A stretch of 64,000 bases of DNA from Tubulanus polymorphus (lineage: Eukaryota > Animalia > Nemertea), in contig NC_134027.1 in the NCBI RefSeq assembly GCF_964204645.1, positions 17,384,560 through 17,448,559 on the forward strand, given 5' to 3'. The notes under the pieces are model-generated. The model was given only the letters and a program-made list of their open reading frames with translations, was not told where the DNA came from and searched no databases. Made by a program: the position numbers and the translations under genes. Below are positions 40,175 through 49,813 of the stretch, in pieces (positions within the stretch are counted from its first letter, which is position 1; each line of letters starts with the position of its first letter).

Positions 40175-40528
40175 TTAATCCATTTTTTTTATTATAAATT
40201 TTGGAATTTCAGAAGTATTTTCATTTTTAATAGCAGTTGTTTCAGAATTATTAATATCATGAATTTTATTTGATTTCTTATACCAATTACGCCCAATCAA
40301 AATGAATACAATTACAAATCCAACTGTAAAATATATTCATTTATCAAATATTCTATCATTAGAAGGAGTAGAAATAACAATATTTTCACTATTTTTATTA
40401 ACATTTTTATTACTTATTTTTTCTTTTACAGCTTTTTTATATTCTTGTGATTTAATTCCTAATTGCCGAGACCATTCAATTTGTTTCTGTGATCTCGGTT
40501 TTTTCTTCACTTCTTCCACCTTGTTCAT
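40175..40528 (-). pseudogene. Small basic membrane protein, frameshift near 40340
   Basis: KKPRSQKQIEW; paralog 16290-16661. Confidence 0.7.
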
Positions 40529-41066
40529 TTATTATAGAAATATTTTTACCTTCAATATTTGAAAATGTTATAACCCCAGTTGATAATAATGTCATAAATC
40601 CACCTAATTGAAATGATAAATATCCAATCCATTTATTTAATTCAGTCATAACTAAATAATCATTTTTTAAATCGGAATATAATCTATTTTCATCTTCAAT
40701 TGGTAGTATATAATTACATAATTTACTATAACCTTTTACTACATTTTCTGATATCGCGTCATTCATTCTAGCTGTTCCCGCGGTTTCATAAATCTTAAAT
40801 AATCTAATAATTTCATCTGATTTCATTGTATCTAATTCATTATAAGTTAAATTTTTAGCGGTAAAATTTTTACATTTTCCAGATGCTATTAATATTTCTA
40901 ATTGATGTTTACAATAAAGATAATATTCATAATTATTATTTGTTGTAACATTATTTAAAGCACCATCATCTGGAATTAATTTGTTTTCTGTTATTCCTAA
41001 ATCATCTAAAGTTTTTTCAATTGGAACATCACCATTTTTAGATTTTATTTTCTTTTCACCTACCAT
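40476..41066 (-). CDS. Polinton-like conserved hypothetical protein
   Basis: Open ORF; paralog 16654-17256. Confidence 0.75.
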   Translation of the reverse strand: MVGEKKIKSKNGDVPIEKTLDDLGITENKLIPDDGALNNVTTNNNYEYYLYCKHQLEILIASGKCKNFTAKNLTYNELDTMKSDEIIRLFKIYETAGTARMNDAISENVVKGYSKLCNYILPIEDENRLYSDLKNDYLVMTELNKWIGYLSFQLGGFMTLLSTGVITFSNIEGKNISIINEQGGRSEEKTEITETN

Positions 41067-41255
41067 TTATATAACAAACAAATTAGTTGTGATGTTGCAA
41101 CTAGAATTTAACTAGAATGTAACTAAAAATCAACTAGATTAACAAACTAGTTAAAATATTGTTGAATTTTGTTTGATTTTTGTTTCAAATACCAATAACT
41201 AGAATTCAACTAGAATGTAACTAAATCTGTAATAGATTAACAAGCTAGTTGAAAT

Positions 41256-41864
41256 TTAAATAAATTCATATTTAAACGGGTGTTGTAATCTAAATAGTAA
41301 TTTTGATCTTTTAATATTTTTCAACTTATCCATATATTCATTATGTAAATCATGTGGAATAATATCATTTTCCTCAAGTGCATTTTTCATCGATTTTCTA
41401 TCTTTATTGTAGAATAAAACTAGAAATCTAATATTTTCTCTAAAGTCTTTAACAATTGAATTATATTTTTGATTTAAAACCCAATTTGTTATCCCAAAAT
41501 GTCTGCCAAAAAAAGCTAAATATAATAACTCACTCTCTCTAACTTTTGAATCATGTAGATTAGCACAATCATCTATAATGAATAATGTATTTGATCCTTT
41601 ATAAATATCAATTGCTATTTTAATACAATTATCTAAATTTTCTTTTACTGTTTTAGGATCTAATATAATAAATATGTTATTTCTAGTAATAGTTCTATCA
41701 TAAGTTTGATTAAATTCATATGTTGGACAAAATAATACTATATTATCAAAATAGTTTTTATAAACAGTTTCTAATAAATTTAATATAAAATAAGTTTTTC
41801 CACAATTTGTTACACCAGAAATTAACATATTATGAGGCTCAAATATAAATAATTCCTTATTCAT
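41256..41864 (-). CDS. A32/FtsK-like DNA packaging ATPase
   Basis: Walker A GVTNCGKT, Walker B FIIDD, GRH, LNQ. Confidence 0.92.
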   Translation of the reverse strand: MNKELFIFEPHNMLISGVTNCGKTYFILNLLETVYKNYFDNIVLFCPTYEFNQTYDRTITRNNIFIILDPKTVKENLDNCIKIAIDIYKGSNTLFIIDDCANLHDSKVRESELLYLAFFGRHFGITNWVLNQKYNSIVKDFRENIRFLVLFYNKDRKSMKNALEENDIIPHDLHNEYMDKLKNIKRSKLLFRLQHPFKYEFI

Positions 41865-42992
41865 TTATATATTTTTAATTTTACTTGATAATATCCATTC
41901 ATTGAATTTATCTGGCCATCCAACCCATTTTACTAAAGAATATTTTTTTCTTTTAACAGTTTTTGTTTTTAATACTTTTTCAATTTTATATTCTTGTTCT
42001 AGATTTTCAGTAGTTAAACTTAATTCTTCTTCGTAAAAATACCCATCAACTTCTTCACCATTTAAATCTTCTAATTTATAGACATATGGTTTTGTTGTTA
42101 TTACCTTTTTTATTTTATATATTTCTCTAGTAAAATTTCGATCGTATCCTTTGTCAAATATCTTTTTATACTTAGAAATTCTAACATTTTGACCAACTTT
42201 AAATTTAGGTTCACCAAAATCATCTACAAGAAATGTTCCATATAAATTATTCCAAACAATTTCAGCATTTTCCGGTTTTCTAGCATCAATAGGTTTCATT
42301 CCAATAGAAGAATGATAAGAATTATTATATCCTTCTATCAATTTTGGTAAAACATCAATCCATTTAAAAGTATTATTTGCTGTAAAATATTTCCACATTC
42401 TTGTTCTTAATGTTCTATTAAATCGTTCAACAACTGCTGCTTTTTTATCCGATTTTGTTGAAAAATATTTAATATTATGATTGTCTAAGAGTTCATGAAC
42501 AAGTGAATTATCAAATTCTTTTCCATCATCAAATTGTATTTTTTCTGGTTTTAGTTTATCATCCGAAAGAAATTTTCTTAAAACATTTGATGTTTGTACA
42601 GCAACTTTTCTATAAAGTGGGAAGCTCCATACATAACGACTAAAAATATCAATTATATTCAATAACCACCAATAATCATCATTATCTTTCTTAACATTTT
42701 TCATAGCAATTAAATCTCCTTGCCACTGTTGATCTACATAACTTACCATAGTTTTACGAGTTTTATATTTTCTAACAATTTTTTTTTGTGTTGTGTATGT
42801 TGGTTGTTCTAACATAAATTCATTTATATCTTTATATTTAACTAAATTTTGTGGGATTATCTTATCTAATTTATCTTGTTTTACTTGACGCCATATATTT
42901 TTGGTAGAAGAATAAGCAACCGAACTCTCAGGGTTGTAATATAAATTTCTTAAATATTGTTCTTTAGTATTAGGAGTTTTTTTACCACCCAT
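41865..42992 (-). CDS. Retroviral-type (rve) integrase with chromodomain
   Basis: QWQGDL, QFDDGKEF, VERFNRTLR (DDE); LVKWVGWPDKFNEWI. Confidence 0.95.
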   Translation of the reverse strand: MGGKKTPNTKEQYLRNLYYNPESSVAYSSTKNIWRQVKQDKLDKIIPQNLVKYKDINEFMLEQPTYTTQKKIVRKYKTRKTMVSYVDQQWQGDLIAMKNVKKDNDDYWWLLNIIDIFSRYVWSFPLYRKVAVQTSNVLRKFLSDDKLKPEKIQFDDGKEFDNSLVHELLDNHNIKYFSTKSDKKAAVVERFNRTLRTRMWKYFTANNTFKWIDVLPKLIEGYNNSYHSSIGMKPIDARKPENAEIVWNNLYGTFLVDDFGEPKFKVGQNVRISKYKKIFDKGYDRNFTREIYKIKKVITTKPYVYKLEDLNGEEVDGYFYEEELSLTTENLEQEYKIEKVLKTKTVKRKKYSLVKWVGWPDKFNEWILSSKIKNI

Positions 42993-43022
42993 TTATATAT
43001 CCTTAATTTTAACTTTATATTT

Positions 43023-44269
43023 CTAATATTGAATACTATCTAATTGTGAATTTACAATATTTAATTGTGCGTCAGATATAATATAAATGTGCATTTTGAA
43101 ATTTAAGCTTCCTTTTTTCTTTTTCATAAATAATTGTATTCCATCTTTAGTGTTCTGTAGTTTTTTCCCAGAACCATGTAATGAATTATCCTCTGTTTTT
43201 CTAAAATCTAACCATAATGCATATTATTGCCGGTATAATAATCAATTTGATTAATATTACAATTTTCAAATGATTTTACTTTTTCATTCATAAAATGTTT
43301 TCTAATTTCTGGCCACTGATCAATCATTCTCATTCCTTGACAAAATATTTTATTTGCTATTCCTTCGATAGTTATTTCAACTTTTGTTATTTCAGGATTA
43401 TAATAATTATCTACCTTTATTGCTCCATTAGAATATGTTGCAATGGTAAAAAATATTAATATTCCTTTAATAGATCTTCTTGGGAAGTTAATATTCTCAT
43501 TAATTATTTCATCATTTGCATTAATAGTTACAGTTTTAAATTTATCAATATAATCATATAATAATGAAAATCCTTGATTGTATTGAGTTTGAATTGTGCT
43601 AGCAATATTTTCATTAGTTACTGTGTTATATTCTAAACATATATTCGATAATTTATAACCCATATCTTTAACAACGCTAGATAATACAATTTCATTAACA
43701 AGAGCAAATGTTATCTCAAATATAATATCTTCTTGAATTGCGTATTTATATAAAGGCGCATTATTATTTATCAATTCAAAGTCTAATGGGATTTTATATT
43801 TGCTTCCATAAATCTTTTTAATCAAATTATCTGTGGCACGAGTTACTATTGCGTCATTAGCTCCTGATCTTAATTTATTATGGTTTTCTGATTGGATGCC
43901 TTGAAATATCATATTATTTCTATTTTCTTTAGTTAACCATAAATCTTTATAATGCATAAATAAATTATAATCATATAATGAGAAAACTGTTTCTGGACCA
44001 ATCTTTATAGTTAATTTTTTAATCAAATATCTCCCAACATTATCAACAACATAATTGTTATCATGGCCAGTTACTTTTATATCAGCTGATAAATAAATAC
44101 TATTTGGAACATAAAAAGTATTTTGTGTTAATCTAGGAATTCTAACATATAAAGTTTCATCGGGATTAATATTTGAAGGATTATGAGTAATTATATGATG
44201 TGATCTTTCTGCTTTAATAGCATTAGATATTCTAGAAATCTTAGAAGGACTTATATAACTCCCACTCAT
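43023..44269 (-). pseudogene. Putative major capsid protein, 1-nt deletion near 43222
   Basis: Comparison with copy B shows one missing A; the corrected frame runs to SQLDSIQY* at 43023. Confidence 0.78.
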
Positions 44270-44289
44270 TTATTTAACAAAAAAATTAA

Positions 44290-45717
44290 TCATTTATTTT
44301 TAATCATGTTTACTTGGTATTTTTTTGATATCATATTCACTAACCCAAAAATAATAGCACTTACAACTGTAATTAAAAATAAAATAATATGTTCAGCAGC
44401 AAAGTTAATAATGTTTCCTGCAGATTTCAATATAAAACCAACAATTGATGCAATAATTCCTGGCAATGCTGCAGCAGATTTTTTAGATAGTTCCCATAAA
44501 TATTTTGCTAATTTCTTTAAACCATCTTTAACTTTATCTTGTATAGAATCATTATCATTCGGGGGTTTATCCGGTTTATTGGGAGTGGGAGTAGATTTCA
44601 AAGCATTTGATATTGCTAAACCAATTGTTGTAAATAACATAGTTACAGCTGTTAGAATTGAAAGAATTGTAATTCCTTCTAATTTAAATAATAACTTTAT
44701 TCTATCTTTCAATGATATTTCAGAATTTGGTTTAATTAACAAATCTTTAAAAATAACTTTTAATCTATTAATATTATAATCATATGATTTTAATAATAAT
44801 TTAATTTCTTCTTTTTGTAATTCTATGTTATATTCTAAATCATCAATTTCTTTTTCTAAATATGCATTTCTTTTTTTAAATTCAATTTCTTCAATAACTT
44901 TATTATCTCTATCTAATTTTAATTGTTCTATTTCTTTATTTTTATCAGTTAATTCTTTTTCTAAAGTTCTAATTTTTAAATCTCTTATACTTTTATCATG
45001 CGCAATTTTATCAGCTTCATTTCTTATACTAATAATTTCTCTTATTGCTTTATCAGAAAATATATCTAAATCTTCTAATTCTTGATCTGTTGCATCAATT
45101 AATCCATTCGGTAAAAGTTTTTCAATTGAAACTTTATTTGATTTAAGTTTACTAGTTTTGGAAGTTATGTTCTGTTCAGAAGTTGTTTCTGTTTTTGATT
45201 TCTTTTTGATTATTTCAAATAATTCATTAATTCTTTGTTTAAATACGTCTATATTATCATGTATTTCTTTTTGCGTAACATCAGTTATTTCATTACTATT
45301 ACTTATCATTCTAATTTTATCTGGTTCTAATTTTTTCAAAGTTGATTCCGCTAATATTTTTTTATTATTTTTATAAGTGATATCAATATAATAATCACCT
45401 TTCAAACGATAATAACATTTACCATTATCTAAAAATTTTAATTGATTTGCTAAAAGACCAACGTCTTCATCATTTATGTTAAGTTTAGATTTTTCAATTA
45501 AATCTTCTAATTTAGGTATTTTGTTTAAATTATCTAAATCTTGTTTTACTAAACCTGGGTCTAAATTAATATAATCAGGCATATTTAAATTATTATTATA
45601 TTCTGGCTCATTACCATCATTAAAACTTGTTTCACTAAAATCAGGTTGTTGTTCATCAGTTATACCAGGTTCATCAAAAGGATCCATTCCAATATCTTCT
45701 CCACCTTCTACATCCAT
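44290..45717 (-). CDS. Coiled-coil membrane protein (475 aa)
   Basis: Intact; ends shared with 24786-26513. Confidence 0.8.
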   Translation of the reverse strand: MDVEGGEDIGMDPFDEPGITDEQQPDFSETSFNDGNEPEYNNNLNMPDYINLDPGLVKQDLDNLNKIPKLEDLIEKSKLNINDEDVGLLANQLKFLDNGKCYYRLKGDYYIDITYKNNKKILAESTLKKLEPDKIRMISNSNEITDVTQKEIHDNIDVFKQRINELFEIIKKKSKTETTSEQNITSKTSKLKSNKVSIEKLLPNGLIDATDQELEDLDIFSDKAIREIISIRNEADKIAHDKSIRDLKIRTLEKELTDKNKEIEQLKLDRDNKVIEEIEFKKRNAYLEKEIDDLEYNIELQKEEIKLLLKSYDYNINRLKVIFKDLLIKPNSEISLKDRIKLLFKLEGITILSILTAVTMLFTTIGLAISNALKSTPTPNKPDKPPNDNDSIQDKVKDGLKKLAKYLWELSKKSAAALPGIIASIVGFILKSAGNIINFAAEHIILFLITVVSAIIFGLVNMISKKYQVNMIKNK

Positions 45718-45740
45718 TTATATAATAAAAAAATTAAAAT

Positions 45741-46145
45741 TTAAAATATAATATTCCTCCTATAACAATTCCTATACAAGTTAAAGCTAATTTAGTATTT
45801 TCATGTAATTTATTATCATTATCAGTTTTAATTATAACAACTTACACCACAACCAGTTGTTGCACAATGAACAGCAAAATTTAATTGATTCTGCCAATAT
45901 TTCATATTAGATTTTACTTTATATATATTATATTCATCTCGAGTAAAAGTAACTTCATATGTATTAAATATATTTTCCATTTTAGAAATAAAATAGTTTG
46001 TTTCAGTAACATAAATTTCTAAATTAATCAATGAAGGTAAAACTAAATTTTTAAATATTATCATGTTACTAAAATCTATTGCTGGAATATTATATTTATA
46101 ATATTTATTTGATTTATTATATTGGAAAGATTTTGGAAACCCCAT
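45741..46145 (-). pseudogene. Internally deleted paralog of 23457-24763 (~0.9 kb missing)
   Basis: ATTGCG motif joined directly to the C-terminal KLALTCIGIVIGGILYF. Confidence 0.8.
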
Positions 46146-46161
46146 TTATATGATAAAAAAA

Positions 46162-46596
46162 TTAATAATTAACTAATTCTTTTAATAATTTATCTTGTTC
46201 TTCAACTGTTATATGACCATTTAAACTTATTTTATAATCTAGTGTATTCTTTAATCTATTAATCTCTTTTATATTAGTTTTAATTTTTTCTTTATTACTT
46301 TTTATATTTAATTTTGAACTTATACCAGTTAAAACACTTGAACTTAATCCTAACACACCAATTGATATAGCTAAAGGTGTTTATGGACTGAATATTGCTA
46401 GAAATGTTATTACAGAACTAATTGTAACCGAACCACTTATAATCAAATAATATATAATTTTACTTTTTAAATATTTTTTATTTTTTATCTTTAAGTCACT
46501 TTCAAATTCTAATATTTGTTTTTCTTAATATATTTTTAATTTATTTTTATTTATATCATGAGGAATAATATCAATACTATCAACTTTATCTTCCAT
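46162..46596 (-). pseudogene. Two-TM protein with two TTA>TAA nonsense changes
   Basis: Same 435-nt length as intact 23006-23440. Confidence 0.8.
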
Positions 46597-46615
46597 TTAT
46601 TTAGCAAAAAAATTA

Positions 46616-47038
46616 CTAATTAGTAAATTTATATGCTACAAATATAACAATAACTGTTCCACCTAAAATCCAAATTATTTCATATTTCTGTTGTTCTTTA
46701 CTTGGGGTATAATAATCTGATAATTTAGGTTTGTATAGATGTAATTTTTCTTTATTGGTTACCGCGTTATATAAACTCATTGCATCATCAACTGATTGAA
46801 AATCTCTATGTGAAATCTTCCGATCATATAATTCCTTGTTAATATAATCCATATAGTTTTGCCTCTTTTCTCTATATTCTTCTGCTGCTTTATTGTATTT
46901 CTCTAATGCTAAGTTATGTCTTTTTTGTTCTGTTAATGAACCATTTTTATCAATATGCTTGAATAAATAACCACCACCAGTAAATGCTAAAGCGTTAACA
47001 ATTGCCGATCCTATAATAGTTATAATTGCAGAAGCCAT
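46616..47038 (-). CDS. Small membrane protein (140 aa)
   Basis: N-terminal hydrophobic helix, KRHNLALE coiled coil, C-terminal TM; three copies in window. Confidence 0.8.
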   Translation of the reverse strand: MASAIITIIGSAIVNALAFTGGGYLFKHIDKNGSLTEQKRHNLALEKYNKAAEEYREKRQNYMDYINKELYDRKISHRDFQSVDDAMSLYNAVTNKEKLHLYKPKLSDYYTPSKEQQKYEIIWILGGTVIVIFVAYKFTN

Positions 47039-47062
47039 TTATTTAGTAAAATAATTACGCAT

Positions 47063-47284
47063 TTATATGGGAGGAATATATTTTTGTTTTTCCAAATAAT
47101 CAATAGTTAAATAAGATAAAGTAACTGCTAATGTTAATTTTAAGATATCATTTATATCAAATCTATCAACATTAACACTTCCCATTTTGAATACTTTTTT
47201 TAATACCATTGAATAACCAACAGTTCCAACTGATAGTAATGCGCCATTATATAATCCAGTTATCATCCACTTATTATCACTCAT
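47063..47284 (-). CDS. Small hydrophobic protein (73 aa)
   Basis: Three copies in window; TAAATG start. Confidence 0.75.
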   Translation of the reverse strand: MSDNKWMITGLYNGALLSVGTVGYSMVLKKVFKMGSVNVDRFDINDILKLTLAVTLSYLTIDYLEKQKYIPPI

Positions 47285-47287
47285 TTA

Positions 47288-47641
47288 TTAATCAAAAAAA
47301 TTACTATCTTCAAAATATTTAGTTATCTTAGTGATGATTATTTCAACATTTATTTCATTACTAGTTTCATTTGTATATATTTCAATTATTATTTTTTTAA
47401 TATCATCGATGATAAAATCTTCATCTAATTCATAAAATCTTAAAGATTCTCTAATTAAATTAGTAATCTTTTCTACATTAAAAGTTTCTTTATCTATTGT
47501 TTTTTCATACTTAAATGTTGTTTCATTAGAAAATGCAATATTTTTGATTTTTGTAATTACATCATTAATGTTAAATTTCATTTCTTTCTCACGTTTAGAA
47601 TCAAATCCAAAACATATACTCGGTCCAACAGTTATATTCAT
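47288..47641 (-). CDS. Hypothetical protein (117 aa)
   Basis: Paralog 21958-22314. Confidence 0.78.
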   Translation of the reverse strand: MNITVGPSICFGFDSKREKEMKFNINDVITKIKNIAFSNETTFKYEKTIDKETFNVEKITNLIRESLRFYELDEDFIIDDIKKIIIEIYTNETSNEINVEIIITKITKYFEDSNFFD

Positions 47642-47658
47642 TTATATAGTGAAAAAAA

Positions 47659-48423
47659 TTACTCTTTACATCTTATAACTAATTCATATATCACAGGAAA
47701 GTTATTCAAATCAATTAAATATCCATTATGATTTCTTATTTCTAATTTAAAATTATTGAAATGTGGAATACAAGGTTTAAAATCACATTCAGTTAAATTA
47801 TAATTTATTTGCGTTCCAAATTGTTTAACATTCTTCAATGGTAAAATGTTTAATATACTAGAATTACAAGTTGCTTCAAATGTTTTTGTTGGGTCAATCA
47901 AATTGCAATAAATATAAAAATGCGTAAAAGGTATTAAGTTTGATCTACCGTATATGTTTTCAACAATACTTTTATCTGGAGGAATTCCTAACAGTTTAGC
48001 AAAAGGTTTTTTTACAAAGTAAGCAGGTAAAATAGTACCAATAAGTTTTTCATCATTAAACTTTATTTTAATTTTATTAGAGCTCTCAGTTTTTATGAAT
48101 TTAATATTAAATTTAGAATCACTTCCTAATTTAGCTCGAGCTTTTCTATTAATTTCTTGTTCTAATGTATCTAAATTATATAATCGTGGTGTAAGCATAA
48201 GATGAATCCAGTCATGTATATTTTTATCATAAATAAAAAAGGTTCTATGTTCATTTGTTTTATCTGATACATTATAAAAAGAGTTACATAAACTTATATT
48301 AACTAATTTTAAATCTACACAATTCTTAAATTCTCTATCTAATTGAACTAGTAAATTATGTGATTTATAATTTGTAAGTTTTCTAGAATCAACAAATATT
48401 CTGTATTCTTTTAATTCTACCAT
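47659..48423 (-). CDS. Putative minor capsid (penton) protein
   Basis: IFVDS..., LVNISLCNSFYNV, FAKLLG, YIYCNLI, LIDLNNFP single jelly-roll pattern. Confidence 0.78.
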   Translation of the reverse strand: MVELKEYRIFVDSRKLTNYKSHNLLVQLDREFKNCVDLKLVNISLCNSFYNVSDKTNEHRTFFIYDKNIHDWIHLMLTPRLYNLDTLEQEINRKARAKLGSDSKFNIKFIKTESSNKIKIKFNDEKLIGTILPAYFVKKPFAKLLGIPPDKSIVENIYGRSNLIPFTHFYIYCNLIDPTKTFEATCNSSILNILPLKNVKQFGTQINYNLTECDFKPCIPHFNNFKLEIRNHNGYLIDLNNFPVIYELVIRCKE

Positions 48424-48491
48424 TATTTATAACATAAAAAAATTACCGCTCATCACTAAAAATTAATTTTAATAAAAATTTTCCTAAATAA

Positions 48492-49813
48492 ATGGATGAG
48501 AAGATAGCATGCGAAATTTGTGGTGAACTTCTAAGAAAAAGTAATATGGCTCGACATATGAAAAAACATAAACCCCCTAAACTAAACTGTCCAAAATGTA
48601 ATAAATTATTCTCAAGAAATTATGTTAAAAAACATTCAGAGAAGTGTAAAATTAATGGTGCAACGGCTAATGTTGATAGTAATGAAAGTAATAGTAATTC
48701 TGTTGAAGTTGAACCTGAAGGTATTTGGAAAAGACCTTTCTTATTCTATGATAAGGATAATATAAAAGATCATATCTGTGAGCCTTGTCAAGTAAAATAT
48801 AGCCCTGAAAATATAGAAGATTGGGAGAATGATCAATTTCGTAAAGCACATATAGATAAAATTTCTAATAAATTTGAAACTGAATTCAACGAAAGAAAAA
48901 ATAATTTATTAGAAAAAATAAAATATGAGAAAACGTTACCAGATAATAAAGAAACAGTTGAAAAGTTAGAAAAACAATATAATGAATTAACAAGAAAAAC
49001 ATATTATTGTAAATATTGTAAATTGATTATTACAACAAGTAATTCAAATCTACATAATAGAACAATAAAACATAAAGAAAACGTAAGAAAATACCAAGAG
49101 CTTAATGAAGATCTATTACCAATAAATTATAAACGAAAATGTCCACAATGTAATTACGCGACCTTAAGGCAAGAATGTACTGTGTTATTTTGTAATGAAT
49201 GTGGATGGCAAAAGAATTTATGGAGTGAAGAAAAAACTAGAAATTTTCTCATAGATCCAAAATTAAATTATCTAGATGAAATTTTTAAAACATTTTCTAT
49301 AGAAGATCATACACCAGAATATATGCAATGGCTTGAAAAAATGAAAATAATAGAAAATAGAAATGGTGAAATAACTAAAAAAGATATTATAAAAACAATT
49401 ATTCCGTCAACATTTAACACAAAACAAAAAAGAAAATGTATTTATATTTATTATTTAACGATTATTATGAAAAACCTAAATTAACAGAAGAAGATATGAA
49501 AAATATAAAAAAAATATTCAAACAAATATTAATGTATCATTTGGAAAATAGAATAACAGATTCAATAAATTATGAATTCTTTTTAAATAAGATTGTAAAT
49601 CATTTAAACATAGATATTATAATTCCATTTGATGAATTAACAAACAAAAAGAAACAAAGAGAGCGAGATGAAATGTGGAACAAGATAGAACTTTATTTAA
49701 ATGAGAAAAATGAAATGGAAGAAGAACCTAAACAAATTATACAAGAACAATTAAATGAAAATGAAGAAGCCAATAGTGATTTCGAGTATGATGATATTGA
49801 TTTTATGTTTTAA
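48492..49813 (+). pseudogene. Multi-zinc-finger protein, frameshift near 49435
   Basis: CEIC..H..H, CPKC..H..C, YCKYC..H..H, CPQC..CNEC. Confidence 0.7.

Noticed and set aside
44306-45376. Antisense ORFs (also 24932-26221, 50846-52302, 60170-61691)
   Set aside because: Shadows of real genes on the opposite strand, with no motifs
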